Shown here piece after piece: positions 24,513-36,086 of a stretch of DNA of 46,603 bases. Each line of letters begins with the position of its first letter. Position 1 is the stretch's first letter. The notes beneath the pieces are model-generated. The model was given only the letters and a program-made list of their open reading frames with translations. It did not search any database and was not told the DNA's origin. Location of the stretch: positions 1 to 46,603 of the forward strand of contig JAXLNO010000206.1 in NCBI GenBank assembly GCA_038087875.1. Reading direction: 5' to 3'. This stretch comes from Malacoraja senta (taxonomy: Eukaryota). The position numbers were made by a program, and so were the translations under genes.

Positions 24513-27500
24513 GCGTCTCTGTGGAGCAGTCCCTATATGAGCTGCTCCTTTTGGATAACCACTGGGGAACGGTATCCTGTCCCCGACGGGACTCTCGTGG
24601 CCCGACTCTACGGAGTCTATAGCCCTGACAGACTTGGCGTATGCCGACCGCCCGACTGGCGTTGGCTGTGTACCCGGCTGGGCACTTTGCCAAGTCTGTC
24701 GCCGCACCGCTACCGGCTTGCGACTCCCCCGAGGTGACAGGCTGCCTTTCAGAGACTGCGTTCCGCAGCTCTCTCTCTCCTTGTCGGCAGCAGCCTGCAC
24801 CTTTTACTTGTTCCGGTCTATGGGGGAAAAAAAAAACCCAGCAGAAACAATTTATTTACTTTTTCCTAACTCCTCCAAAGTCTCCCCGCCTTTGGTGGAG
24901 CTGTATTTACTCACGTTGCAGAAGGAGCTCCGAGCTCCCACTGCCGTTGTAGCCAATGCGTCTGACGTAAATGACGCGCATGCGCCCTGACGGGGTTCTT
25001 CACGTAGTCACTCACGTGACTCCAAAGTAAAATTAATAGCCTACATCTATAACATCCTTTTAGATATTGAGGTCCCGTCGACGGAATCACACAGACAAGC
25101 ATGGGAAAATGAATTGGCTCAACCCATAACGAAAGATATATGGGATGAAAGTTTACAACATACTGTATACATCATTGTTCGTTAAACGCAAGACACTCTT
25201 TAATACAATTCAAAGTACTACATAGATTACACTACTCCAAAACAAAATTAAACAGGATTTTTCCAAATATCTCTCCAATCTGTGATAAATGTCAATGCCT
25301 AGAAGCTAATTTAACTCATACCTTTGTAAACTGCATACAAATTAAACAATTTTGGATGGATATTTTTAAAATTATCACTGAAGTTGTTAACATTCAATTG
25401 GATCCTGATCCAAAACTAATAATATTAGGAAGATCAGAACAAAGTATAAAACTCACAATAAATCAAATACATTTTCTTGATTATAGTATAATAATTGGGA
25501 AAAAATTAATAATAACATTTTGGGAAAACCCAACAACCCCCACAATTAAAATGTGGATTACGGAGACCTTACACTTGGAAAAAAATTAGACTTGTCTTAA
25601 TTGACAAATCAGAACTATTTGCTAGAATATGGTCTCCATTTATTGATTTTCGAGAAAGGTAAATTGGTTCAACACGGAAGCTGGACTGAAACTTGAGTTC
25701 AGGACTGGATGAATAATTACACCTTATAACCTACGGGCCTATCTCCAAAACCGTGTTATTGGTAATTTCCTTTGTTTTTACCCTTCCCTCTCTATTAGTT
25801 TATAGTTTTTTTTCCTCTTATTTCTTTCTTTCTCTACAGCTGTATCTCAAATTTTTGAAATAAAAAATAGAAGCTTTGTATGTATGTACTTGGTAAACAA
25901 ATCGTGTTTTGCTAGTGTATGTATATGCTTCTAATTAAAAAATATATATATATAATTGGCATGAAGCAAAAGTAATGCTGTGGTTGTTATGGGAGATTTC
26001 AACATGCAGGTAGACTGGGAAAATCAGGTTGGTACTGGACCCCAAGAAAGGGACTTTGTAGAGTGCCTTCGTGATAGATTCTTAGAACAGCTTGTATTGG
26101 AGCCTATCAGGGAGAAGGCAATTCTGGATTTAGTGTTATGTAATGAACTGGATTTGATAAAGGACCTCGAGGTTAATGAGCCAATAGGAGGCAGTGACCA
26201 TAACATGGTCAGGTTTAATCTACAATTGGAGAGGGAGAACGGTAGATCGGAGGTGTCAGTGTTCCAGTTGAATAAAGGGGACTATGGGGCCATGAGGGAG
26301 GAGCTGGCCAAAGTTGACTGGAAAGATACAATAGCAGGGATGACAGTGGAACAAAAATGGCAGGTATTTCTAGGAATAATACAGAAGGTGCAGGATCAGT
26401 TCATTCCTAGGAGGAAGAAAGATTCCAAGGGGAGAAAGGGACGACCATGGCTGACAAGGGATGTCAGGGACAATATAAAAATTAAAGCGAAGAAGTACAA
26501 CGTAGCAAAGATGTGCGGGAAGCAAGAGGATTGGGTCATGTTTAAAGAACATCAGAAGATAACCAAAAAGACAATACGGGGAGAAAAGATGAGGTACGAA
26601 GATAAGCTAGCCAAGAATATAAAACAGGATAGTAAAAGCTTATTTGGGTAAGTGAAGAGGAAAAAATTAGTTAAGACCAAAGTTGGACCCTTGAAGACTG
26701 AAAAATGTGAATTTATTATGGGGAACAAGAAAATGGCAGATGAGTTGAACAGGTACTTTGGATCTGTCTTCACTAAGGAGGACACAAACAATCTTCCTGA
26801 TATAGTAGTGGCCAGAGGATCTGGGGTGATGGAGGAACTGAAGGAAATCCACATTAGGCAGGAAATGGTGTTGGATAGACTGATGGGACTGAAGGCTGAT
26901 AAATCCCCAGGGCCTGATGGTTTGCATTTCGGGGCACTTAAGGAAGCAGCTCTAGAAATCATGGATGCATTGGTGATAATTTTCCATTGTTCGTTAGATT
27001 CAGGATCAGTTCCTGTGGATTGGAGGGTAGCTAATTTATCCCACTTTTTAAGAAAGGCGGGAGAGAGAAAACAGGGAATTATAGACCAGTTAGCCTGACA
27101 TCGGTGGTGGAGAAGATGCTGGAATCAATTATAAAAGATGAGATATCCGAACATTTGGATAGCAGTAACAGGATCGGTCCGAGCCAGCATTGATTTACGA
27201 AGGGGAAATCATGCTTGACTAATCTTCAGGAATTTTTTGAAGATGTAACTAGGAAAATGGACAAGGGAGAGCCAGTGGATGTAGTGTACCTGGACTTTCA
27301 GAAAGCATTTGATAAGGTCCCACATAGGAGATTAGTGGGCAAAATTAGGGCACATGGTATTGGGGGTAGAGTGCTGACATGGATAGAGAAATGGTTGGCA
27401 GACAGGAAACAAAGAGTAGGGATTAACAGGTCCCTTTCAGAATGGCAGGCAGTGACTAGTGGGGTACCGCAAGGCTCGGTGCTGGGACCGCAGCTATTTA

Positions 27501-28484
27501 CAATATACATCAATGATTTGGATGAAGGGATTCAAAGTAACATTAGCAAATTTGCAGATGACACAAAGCTGGGTGGCAGTGTGAACTGTGAGGAGGATGC
27601 TATGAGAATTCAGGGTGACATGGACAGGTTGGGGGAGTGGGTAGATGCATGGCAGATGAAGTTTAATGCGGATAAATATGAGGTTATCCACTTTGGTAGC
27701 AAAAACAGGAAGGCAGATTACTATCTAAATGGCGTCAAGTTGGGAAAAGGGGAAGTACAACGGGATCTGGGGGTCCTTGTACATCAGTCTATGAAAGTAA
27801 GCATGCAGGTACAGCAGGCAGTGAAGAAAGCGAATGGCATGTTGGCCTTTATAACAAGAGGAATCGAATATAGGAGCAAAGAGGTCCTTTTGCAGTTGTT
27901 CAGATCCCTAGTGAGACCATACCTGGAGTGTTGTGTGCAGTTTTGCTCCCCTAATTTGAGGAAGGACATTCTTGCTATTGAGGGAGTGCAGCGTAGGTTT
28001 ACAAGGTTAATTTCCGAGATGGAGGGACTGTCATATGCTGAGAGAATGGAGCAGCTGGGCTTGTACACTCTGGAGTTTAGAAGGATGAGAGAGAATCTCA
28101 TTGATACATATAAGATTGTTAAGGGTTTGGACATGCTAGAGCAGGAAACATGTTCCCGATGTTGGGGGAGTCCAGAACCAGGGGCCACAGTCTAAGAATA
28201 AGGAGTAAGCCATTTAGAACGGAGACGAGGAAACACGTTTTCTCACAGAGAGTGGTGAGTCTGTGGAATTCTCTGCCTCAGGGGGCGGTGGAGGCAGGTT
28301 CTCTGGATGCTTTCAAGAAAGAGCTAGATAGGGCTCTTAAAAATAGTGGAGTCAGGGGATATGGGGAGAAGGCAGGAATGGGGTACTGATTGGGGATGAT
28401 CAGCCATGATCACATTGAATGGCGGTGCTGGCTCGAAGGGTTGAATGGCCTACTCCTGCACCTATTGTCTATTGTCTATTGTCT

Positions 28485-28556
28485 AAGTCGCACCCCAGTC
28501 ATTTTCTCCTCCCCTCTTCCATCAGGCAAGAGGTGTAGAAGTTTGAAACACACACA
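28485..28556 (+). mobile_element. Rex1/Babar-type LINE fragment; left half at 11187-11210
   Basis: Joining the CR1 flanks gives ATSIIKDKSHPSH.../SPLPSGKRCRSLK, with aag duplicated at 11208-11210 / 28485-28487. Confidence 0.7.
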
Positions 28557-28605
28557 GGATAATTTAGAGACCTTGAACATGCAGAGAGAAATGACATTGA
28601 TGCAT

Positions 28606-30760
28606 TGGGTGACACAAGTGACGCAACGGTAGAGTTGCTGCCTCACAGCGCCAGGGGCAAGGGTTCAATCCTGACTATGGGTGCTGTCTGTACACATTTT
28701 GTACGTTCTCCCTGTGACCGCATGGGTTTCTCCAGCTGCTCCGGTTTCATCCCACACTCCAAAGACGTACATTTTTTGTAGGTTAATGGCTTTGGTAATA
28801 GACAATAGACAATAGACAATAGCCAACAGACAATAGGTGCAGGAGTAGGCCATTCGGCCCTCCGAGCCAGCACCGCCATTCAATGTGATCAAGGCTGATC
28901 ATCCCCAATCAGTACCACGTTCCTGCTTTCTCCCCATATCCCCTGACTATTTTTAAGAGCCCTATCTAGCTCTTTCTTGAAAGCATCCAGAGAACCTGCA
29001 TCAACCACCCTCTGAGGCAGGGAATTCCACAGACTCACAACTCTCTGTGAGAAAAAGTGTTTCCTCGTCTCCGTTCTAAATGGCTTACTCCTTATTCTTA
29101 AACTGTGGCCCCTGGTTCTGGACTCCCCCAACATCGGGAACATGTTTCCTGCCTCTAGCGTGTCCAAGCCCTTAACAATCTTATATGTTTCAATGAGATC
29201 CTCTCTCATCTTTCTAAACTCCAGAGTGTACAAGCCCAGCTGCTCCATTCTCTCGGCATATGACAGTACCGCCCTCCTGGAAATTAACCTTGTAAACCTA
29301 CGCTGCACTCCCTCAATAGCAAGAATATCCTTCCTCAAATTATGGGACCAAAACTGCACACAATACTCCAGGTGTGGTCTCACTAGGGCCCTATACAACT
29401 GCAGAAGGACCTCTTTGCCCCTATACTCAACTCCTCTTGTTATAAAGACCAATATGCCATTCGCTTTCTTCACTGCCAGCTGTACCTGCATGCTTACTTT
29501 CATTGACTGATGAACAAGGACCCCCAGATCCCGTTGTACTTCCCCTTTTCCCATGTTGACACCATTTAGATAGTAATCTGCCTTCCTGTTTTTGCTAACA
29601 AAGTGAATAACCTCACATTTATCCTCATTAAAATGCATCTGCCATGCATCTGCCCACTCCCCCAACCTATCCGTCACCCTGCATTCTCATAGCATCCTCC
29701 TCACAGTTCCCACTGCCACCCAGCTTTGTGTCATCTGAAAAATTTCTAATGTTACTTTGAATCCCTTCATCAAAATCATAGATGTATATTGTAAATAGCT
29801 GCGGTCCCAGCACCGAGCCTTGCGGTACCCAACTAGTCACTGCCTTCCATTCTGAAAGGGACCCGTTAATCCCTACTCTTTGTTTCCTGTCTGCCACCCA
29901 ATTTTCTATCCATGTCATCACTCTACCCCCAATACCATGTGCCCTAATTTTGCCCACTAATCTCCTATGTGGTACTTTATCAAATGCTTTCAGATACACT
30001 ACATCCACTGGCTCTCCCTTGTCCATTTTCCTAGTTACATCCTCAAAAATATTTTACAAATTGACTCCAGCATCTTCCCCACCACTGATGTCAGGCTAAC
30101 TGGTCTATAATTCCTTGTTTTCTCTTTCCTGCCTTTCTTAAAAAGTGGGATAACATTAGCTACCCTCCAATCCACAGGAACTGATCCTGAATCTATAGAA
30201 CATTGGAAAATGACCACCAATGCATCCAAGATTTCTAGAGGCACTTCCTTAAGTACCATGGGATACAGACCATCAGTCCCTGGGGATTTATCAGCCTTTA
30301 GTCCCATCAGTCTACCCAGCACCATTTCCTGCCTAATGTGGATATCCTTCAGTTCCTCCGTCACCCCAGATCCTCTGGTCACTAGTACATCAGGAAGATT
30401 GTTTGTGTCCTCCTTAGTGAAGATGGATCCAAAGTACCTGTTCAACTCATCTGCTATTTCCTTATTCCCCATAATAAATTCACCTTTTTCAGTCTTCAAG
30501 GGTCCAACTTCGGACTTAACTAATTTTTTCCTCTTCACATACCTAAAGAAGCTTTTACTATCCTCCTTTATATTCTTGGCTAGCTTACCTTTGTACATCA
30601 TCTTTTCTCCCCGTATTTCCTTTTTAGTTATAAAATAAGTTTATAAGGTAAGTTGTAAAATTGTCCCTAATGTGTGTAGGTTAGTGTACGTAGATCGCAA
30701 GTTGTTGCTGACCAGTTGGGCCGAAAGCCCTGTTTCCACGCTGTATCTCTAAAGTCTAAA
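28606..30760 (+). mobile_element. HE1-like SINE split by a CR1 insertion (28606-28796 and ~30645-30760)
   Basis: The tRNA head and central domain precede the CR1; aaattgtccctaatgtg...ctgtatctctaaagtctaaa follows it. Confidence 0.85.
28797..30631 (-). mobile_element. 5'-truncated CR1 LINE, same family as 11211-28484
   Basis: Minus-strand RT ORFs 30035-30601, 29667-30026 and 28889-29677; (caataga)n tail; ~95-bp internal deletion near 30050. Confidence 0.93.
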
Positions 30761-31246
30761 ATATAAATAGGTGATAGCAGGGAAGCAGGAAAAATCCAAA
30801 GGGTGCTTGCGGTTTCAATCCCTCAGCCACATCTGATTGAAAAGTGCTATCGATGAATATTGGCAAATTTCCCAGACTGATAATCACGTAAAATATCGCC
30901 CTCAGATCTTGCACACAAAGATTTAACACAGGCTTACAACATTATTGGCTTTCCTTAATTAAGTATCACCATGGTATGATCCCAACATGTTGCACCAATC
31001 TTCTTACTGCTTCAACAAGATATTCTCCTGGTTCTGGATGTTTACGGCTCATCTCAGTCAATAACAGGCATATGAGTTCCTCATTATCCACACTGACTAC
31101 GAGATTAAATTAAAAGATGCTTGATGCAAATTTCAGGAATTCTGCAGTTGCTGAGTCCCTTCACTGCAGAGGAAAGCATAAGGGTGAAGATGCATGTCTT
31201 CCCAGACGAAGGCTTTCTTGTTGCACAGAACTAATCCATGGTAGCC

Positions 31247-31690
31247 GTTCAGTTCAGTTCAATTCAGTTCAGTTTATTGTCAGCAAAGTCCGATCATGGA
31301 TAGTCCGAGGGTCACCAAAGAGCTAGATAGTAGTTCAGCACTGCTCTCTGGTTGTGATAGGATGATTCAGTTGCCTGGTGATTCAGATGATTCAAGAAGC
31401 TGAGAACAAATTGAGTGAATTAGTGGCTCAAGGCCAGATTTAAAGGACATGAGATGTTGCCAGTGCTGGCACATGGGCATGTTGATTGATACTTTATTGT
31501 CACGTGTAATTGGTACAGTGAGATTCTTTGTTTGCGTAAAGTCAAGTATGACAAAGTTACAAAAGTATTCAATATCAGGGGTGTCGGGGGATATGGGGAG
31601 AAGGCAGGAGAATGGGGTTGGAGAGATAGATCAACCATGATCAAATGGAGGAGTACATTCGATGGGCTGAATGGCCTCATTCTGCTCCTA
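31247..31690. mobile_element. Short Rex1/Babar-like 3' tails (minus) and a CR1 3' tail (plus, ~31570-31690)
   Basis: The gttcagtttattgtca... tail matches 33313-33560; ggggatatggggagaaggcagg is a CR1 3' UTR segment. Confidence 0.55.
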
Positions 31691-32075
31691 TTGAACTTAA
31701 AGGGATCTGGGAACTGCAGAAATATGAGAGTGATTCCGAGATTGGGATAATCTTTTACAATTACATTAGTTGGAAAAAGAGTGAAGTGAGACCTTTAAAA
31801 ACATTGTAGGTAATATCTGAGGTATGGAGTCATTCCCCATTGGAAATTTTCAGACCAATCTTGTACTTATTTACTCTAAGTTTTGCTGTATCTGTTCCCC
31901 TTTACAGAGTTCAGATGCATGGCACAAATACTACCTTTTCCTACTTCAAACTTTAAAGGAGACAAAACAATTCTGGGCACAGTAAATCTGAGATTTTGGA
32001 TTGAAATCTGATCTTTTTAATATTATCGTTTAACGAACCATTGAAAGAGCTTCAAAGAAAATACCAGGTTTTCGT

Positions 32076-32262
32076 AAGACACAAAATGCTGGAGTAACTC
32101 AGCGGGTCAGGGAACATCCCCGGAGAGTATGGATAGGTGACATCACCATCAGGTGACATCACCTATCCATGCGCTCCAGAGTTGCTGCCTGACCCGTTGA
32201 GTTACTCCAGCATTTTGTGTCTTTCCTTGGTAAACCAGTATCTGCGATTCCTTGTTTCTACA
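32076..32262. repeat. Palindromic Penelope-terminus-derived repeat
   Basis: Inverted arms aagacacaaaatgctggagtaactc...ggataggtga / tcacctatcc...gagttactccagcattttgtgtctt, homologous to 43928-44010. Confidence 0.75.
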
Positions 32263-32730
32263 GGTTTCTGGTGTCAGACTGCCAATGTGTAAATTGACAT
32301 GCAATCTACTCAGAAATCACAGAATCAAAAATCAAATGACCGAAATCATGAGACATCACTGGACAGCATTGTTTTTAAATTACTTTGTAAGTGGCACATG
32401 TTGCTCACTTGCTTTAGTGCACATCATCACTAACCCATGCTACCATCATTTACGGAGAGGCAACCATGTGCATTCCTAACAATACACATATTCAATTCCA
32501 CCTCATTACAATTCACTGAAAATGTGAAGTCACACATGGTCAGATAGACATTTCCTTTCCACAGATGGTGCACTGCTTCCAGCTTTTGTGGCAGCCTACA
32601 ATGTTTTTCCACTTTCTCCTTTCCCTTTCTGAACCTTGTTCAGGTGTAGGTTCTGAATGTTTCTTGCCTGCACATATCTTTCTGTTCCTCATGTTTCAGG
32701 CCTGACAAAAATAATTGACAGAAAAAGACT

Positions 32731-32866
32731 TGCAGGTTTGTAGGTTAATTGGCTTCTGTAAATTGTCCCTAGTGTGTAGATAGAACTGGTGTACGGTGAT
32801 CGCTGGTTGGCGTGGACGCGGTGGGCCGGAGGGCCTGTTTCCGCGCTGTATCTCCAAACTAAACTA
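32731..32866 (+). mobile_element. HE1-like SINE 3' half
   Basis: caggtttgtaggttaattggc...ctgtatctccaaactaaactaa. Confidence 0.8.
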
Positions 32867-33312
32867 ATAAATATTCAGCCAAGCCAGACCATTCCCCTTA
32901 CTTGGTAATGAAAGGAATGCTTTCCTTAAAGGGGAGACCAGGGAAACTCTCTCAAATAAAAATGCAAAAAGATTTCCTTCCTCTCCAGCACAGCTGACTA
33001 AAGCGAGAAGTGGTGAATCTATCCATAGCTGAGAGCGAGATTAACTGATTGGAACCACACTTGCTCCCATTGCCCAACATCAGACTTGCTCCCGACTCGA
33101 ATCTCTGTGGAAGTCCTCCTTTGGATGCAGGTCATTGTGCCCTCTTTAATTGGCCCTCTATCTATTTTTGATATGATTTTAAAAAGCGCATGGGAGGGTT
33201 CTTCTTTCTTTTCCGTTATCTAACTGGATCAAATCTATCTTCGTTTCTTCAGATCAACGTAAAAATAAAAGAAACAAAAAATTCCACCACTGGCCTCGAT
33301 CATACATCTGAA

Positions 33313-33560
33313 GTTCAGTTTAGTTTATTGTCACGTGTCCTGAGGTACAGTGAAAATCTTTTGTTGTGTGCTATGCAGTCAACAGGCAGACAGTACATGA
33401 TTACAATAGAGCTATTGACAGTGTATAGAAACATGATAGGGGAATAACGTTTAGTGCAAGGTACAGCCAGCAAAGTCCGATCAAGGTTAGTCCGAGGGTC
33501 ACCAAAGAGGTAGATAGTAGTTCAGCATTGCTCTGTGGTTGTGGTAGAATGATTCAGTTG
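33313..33560 (-). mobile_element. Rex1/Babar-like LINE 3' UTR fragment
   Basis: Minus-strand gacAATAAActaaactgaac tail; shared with 31247-31380. Confidence 0.55.
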
Positions 33561-33689
33561 ACAGAGTAGAAGCATGATTCGAAGCAGAACTCCACTGGTC
33601 CTGATTCTATCTCATGGAGATGAGGTTCATAAATTCCAAATGAATGAAATTTAAAAATGCAGCAGGTGCTGCAGATTGAAAATAAACTA

Positions 33690-35661
33690 TACAGGCTGTG
33701 GGAAGTCTCCCTGACTTCCAGTGTCCCTGAGGACTACAGCTGTGGGTGGTGCGTCTAGCTGCAGCTCCCTCCAGACGACGTTACGAAACTGGAGCAGCAG
33801 CTGGATGACCACAGGCTCACCTGGGAAACAGAGGAGGTCTTAGATAGGAGGCAGAGAGGTGGTCAAACCTAGGGTGTTGACAGAAAGTAGATGGGTGACC
33901 ACCAGGAAAGGGAATGGTACCTCAGAGAGTGCTGGAGTCCCCAGTGGCCATTTCTCTCAACATCTCAGGAACTGTTGGTGTGGAGTTTCCACATTCCCCC
34001 TGTGATAGTGAACGGTAGTGGCCTGGGCTGTGTTGTAGAGCAGAGAGATCAATCAAGAGCCAGAGGACATAGGTTTAAAGTGAGAGGGGAGGGGGGATGA
34101 TTTAAATGGGGCACCTGAGAGGCACTTTTTTTTTACACAAAGAGTGGTCAGTGTATGGAACAAGCTGCTGGAGGAGGCAGTTGAGACAGGTAATATAAGA
34201 ACATTTAAGAAACAGTTAGACATTTCCGTGGATAGGATATGATTAGAGGGATATGGGCCAAAAGATGGTAGGTGGGACTAGTGTAGATCAGGCATGTTGG
34301 TCGGCATGGGCAAGTTGGGCCGAAGGGTCTGTTTCCACACTGTATGACACTATGACTATGACTATAACATATATACTCCTTTGGATACCGTGGAGTGGAT
34401 GACCGGTCAGGGGAGAGCAGCAAGAATCAGATCTATGGCATTGAACCTGGGTCTGAGGCACAGCAGAGAAGGCAGAGCAATAGAGTAATAGATTCATTCA
34501 TTAAGGAGACTGATAGGAGATTCTATGGCTGCAGCATGGTGTGTTGTCTCCCTGGTGCCAGGGTTCAGGATGTCGCAGAGTGGGCTTCAGGATGTCGCAG
34601 AAAAGGATGATATCATGTCATAAGATCATAAGTAATGGAAGCAGAATTAGGCCATTCGGCCCATCAAGTCTACTCCACCATTCAATCATGGCTGATCTAT
34701 CTTTCCCTCCTAACACCATTCTCCTGCCTTCTCCCCATAATCCCTGACACCCGTACTAATCAAGAATCTATCTATCTCTTTTAAAATGTCCATAGACTTT
34801 ACTCCCTGGCCTTCTGTGGCAAAGAATTCCACAGATTCACCACCCTCTGACTAAAGAAATTCCTTCTCATCTCCTTCCTAGAAGAACGTCCTTTAATTCT
34901 GAGTCTATGACCTCTAGTCCTAGACTCACCCATTAGTGGAAACATTCCCTGCACATCCACTCTTTTTCACTGTTCAGTGCACTTCAATGTGGTCCCCCCA
35001 TCATTCTTCTAAACTCCAGCAAGTACAGGCCCAGTGCCATCATATGCTCATCATAGGTTCATATCCTGCGGAGTGAATATAGGGAGTTATGCAAAAAGTT
35101 TAAAAGGGGGACTTTGATAGTGGTAATCTCCGGATTGCTACTGGTGCCACGAGCTAGTGAGAGTAAGAACAAGATATTTGATAATTGGGACGTTATGTTA
35201 CAGTTGTACCAGACGCTGTTGAGGCCACATCTGGAGCATTGTGTTAATTTTTGGTCACCTTGCCATAGGAATGTTGTTGTTAAGCTGAAAAGACTGCAGG
35301 GAAGATGTATGAGTATGTTTCCAGATCCCGAGTGCCTGACCTGTAGGGAGACGTTGGGCAGGCTAGGCTAGGCTTTATTCCTTGGAGCGCAGGAGGCTGA
35401 GGGATGATCTTATAGAGCTCTATAATATCATGATGGGAATAGATAGGATGAAAGCACAGGGTTGGGGAATCAAAAACAAGTTTTGTGTCAGGTGAGTGGG
35501 GCAAGAATTAGTACAAACTGAGGGGAAACCTTTTCAATCAGAGGGTGGTGAGTATATTGAATGAGCTGCCAGAGGAGGTAGTAGAAGCGGGCAAATCACA
35601 ACATTTAACAGACTCTTGATTGGGTACATATATAGGAAAGTTTGAAGGGATATAGGGTTAA
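33690..35661 (+). mobile_element. Old, internally deleted CR1 (ORF1 pieces plus ORF2 3' end); tail resumes at 41884-41966; CR1 3' fragments inserted at ~34050-34365 (+) and ~34615-35060 (-)
   Basis: KLEQQLDD, TDRRFYG..MVCCLPGARVQDV and VVISGLLLVPRASE are followed directly by VMLQLYQTLLRPHLEHCVNFWSP. Confidence 0.75.
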
Positions 35662-35970
35662 TGGGCACCACAGTGGCACAGCAATAGAGTTGCTACCTTA
35701 CCATGCCTGAGACCCGGATTCAAGCCTGACTATGGGTGCTGCTTGTACGGAGCAAGTCTGTTCTCCCCTTGACCACGTGAGTTTCCCCCGGGTTTTCTGG
35801 TTACTACCACACTCCAGACAAACAGGTTTGTGGGTTAATTGGCTTTGGTAAAATTGTAAATTGTTCCCAGTGTGTAGGGTAGTGCTAGTGTATGGGATGA
35901 TCGCTGGTTAACATGGACTTGGTGGGTCCAAGGGCCTGTTTCCGCTCTGTATCTCTAAAGTCTAAAGTCT
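35662..35970 (+). mobile_element. HE1-like SINE
   Basis: tRNA-like head gggcaccacagtggcacagcaatagag, central domain, tail ctgtatctctaaagtctaaagtct. Confidence 0.85.
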
Positions 35971-36086
35971 TAGATTATAATATGAGTACCGTTTCTGAAT
36001 AAAGCCTGTTTGGTCAGGGTGTATTAATTTATTCATCACTGTACTTAATCTATGCGCTAGTATTTTAGTTAATATTTTCTGATCTG

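Larger units (their letters stand above)
20221..25033 (-). mobile_element. DIRS1-like tyrosine-recombinase retrotransposon; full-length structure, decayed ORFs
   Basis: Minus-strand order is gag-like, RT, RNase H, MT, YR. Inverted terminal repeats at 20290-20324 / 24972-25006. An internal complementary region at 20447-20558 matches both ends. Confidence 0.93.
18434..25953 (+). mobile_element. L1 element B, 5'-truncated and split by DIRS (18434-20220 and 25034-25953)
   Basis: 13-bp TSD aattggcatgaag (18401-18413 / 25954-25966). RT ORFs 18747-18947 and 19008-20063. The L1 sequence resumes in register after the DIRS (...gataaat|taatagcc...). Confidence 0.93.
11211..28484 (+). mobile_element. 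Near full-length CR1 LINE (~4.2 kb) in three pieces: 11211-12453, 18031-18413, 25954-28484
   Basis: The 5' UTR, ORF1, APE endonuclease (CMNARSI...VGITETWL; VVMGDFN...LDLVL...SDH) and RT (YLDFQKAFDKV, GVPQGSVLGP, FADDTK) rejoin when the L1s are removed. Ends in a (ctattgt)n tail. Confidence 0.92.

Noticed and set aside
26552..30638. Antisense ORFs over CR1 RT
   Set aside because: Shadow frames of the LINE coding strand with no independent support.
32540..32702. Minus-strand GKGESGKT Walker-A-like motif after a splice acceptor (NACHT-like relic)
   Set aside because: A stop follows almost immediately, there is no preceding hydrophobic strand, and a frameshift is needed; likely chance.
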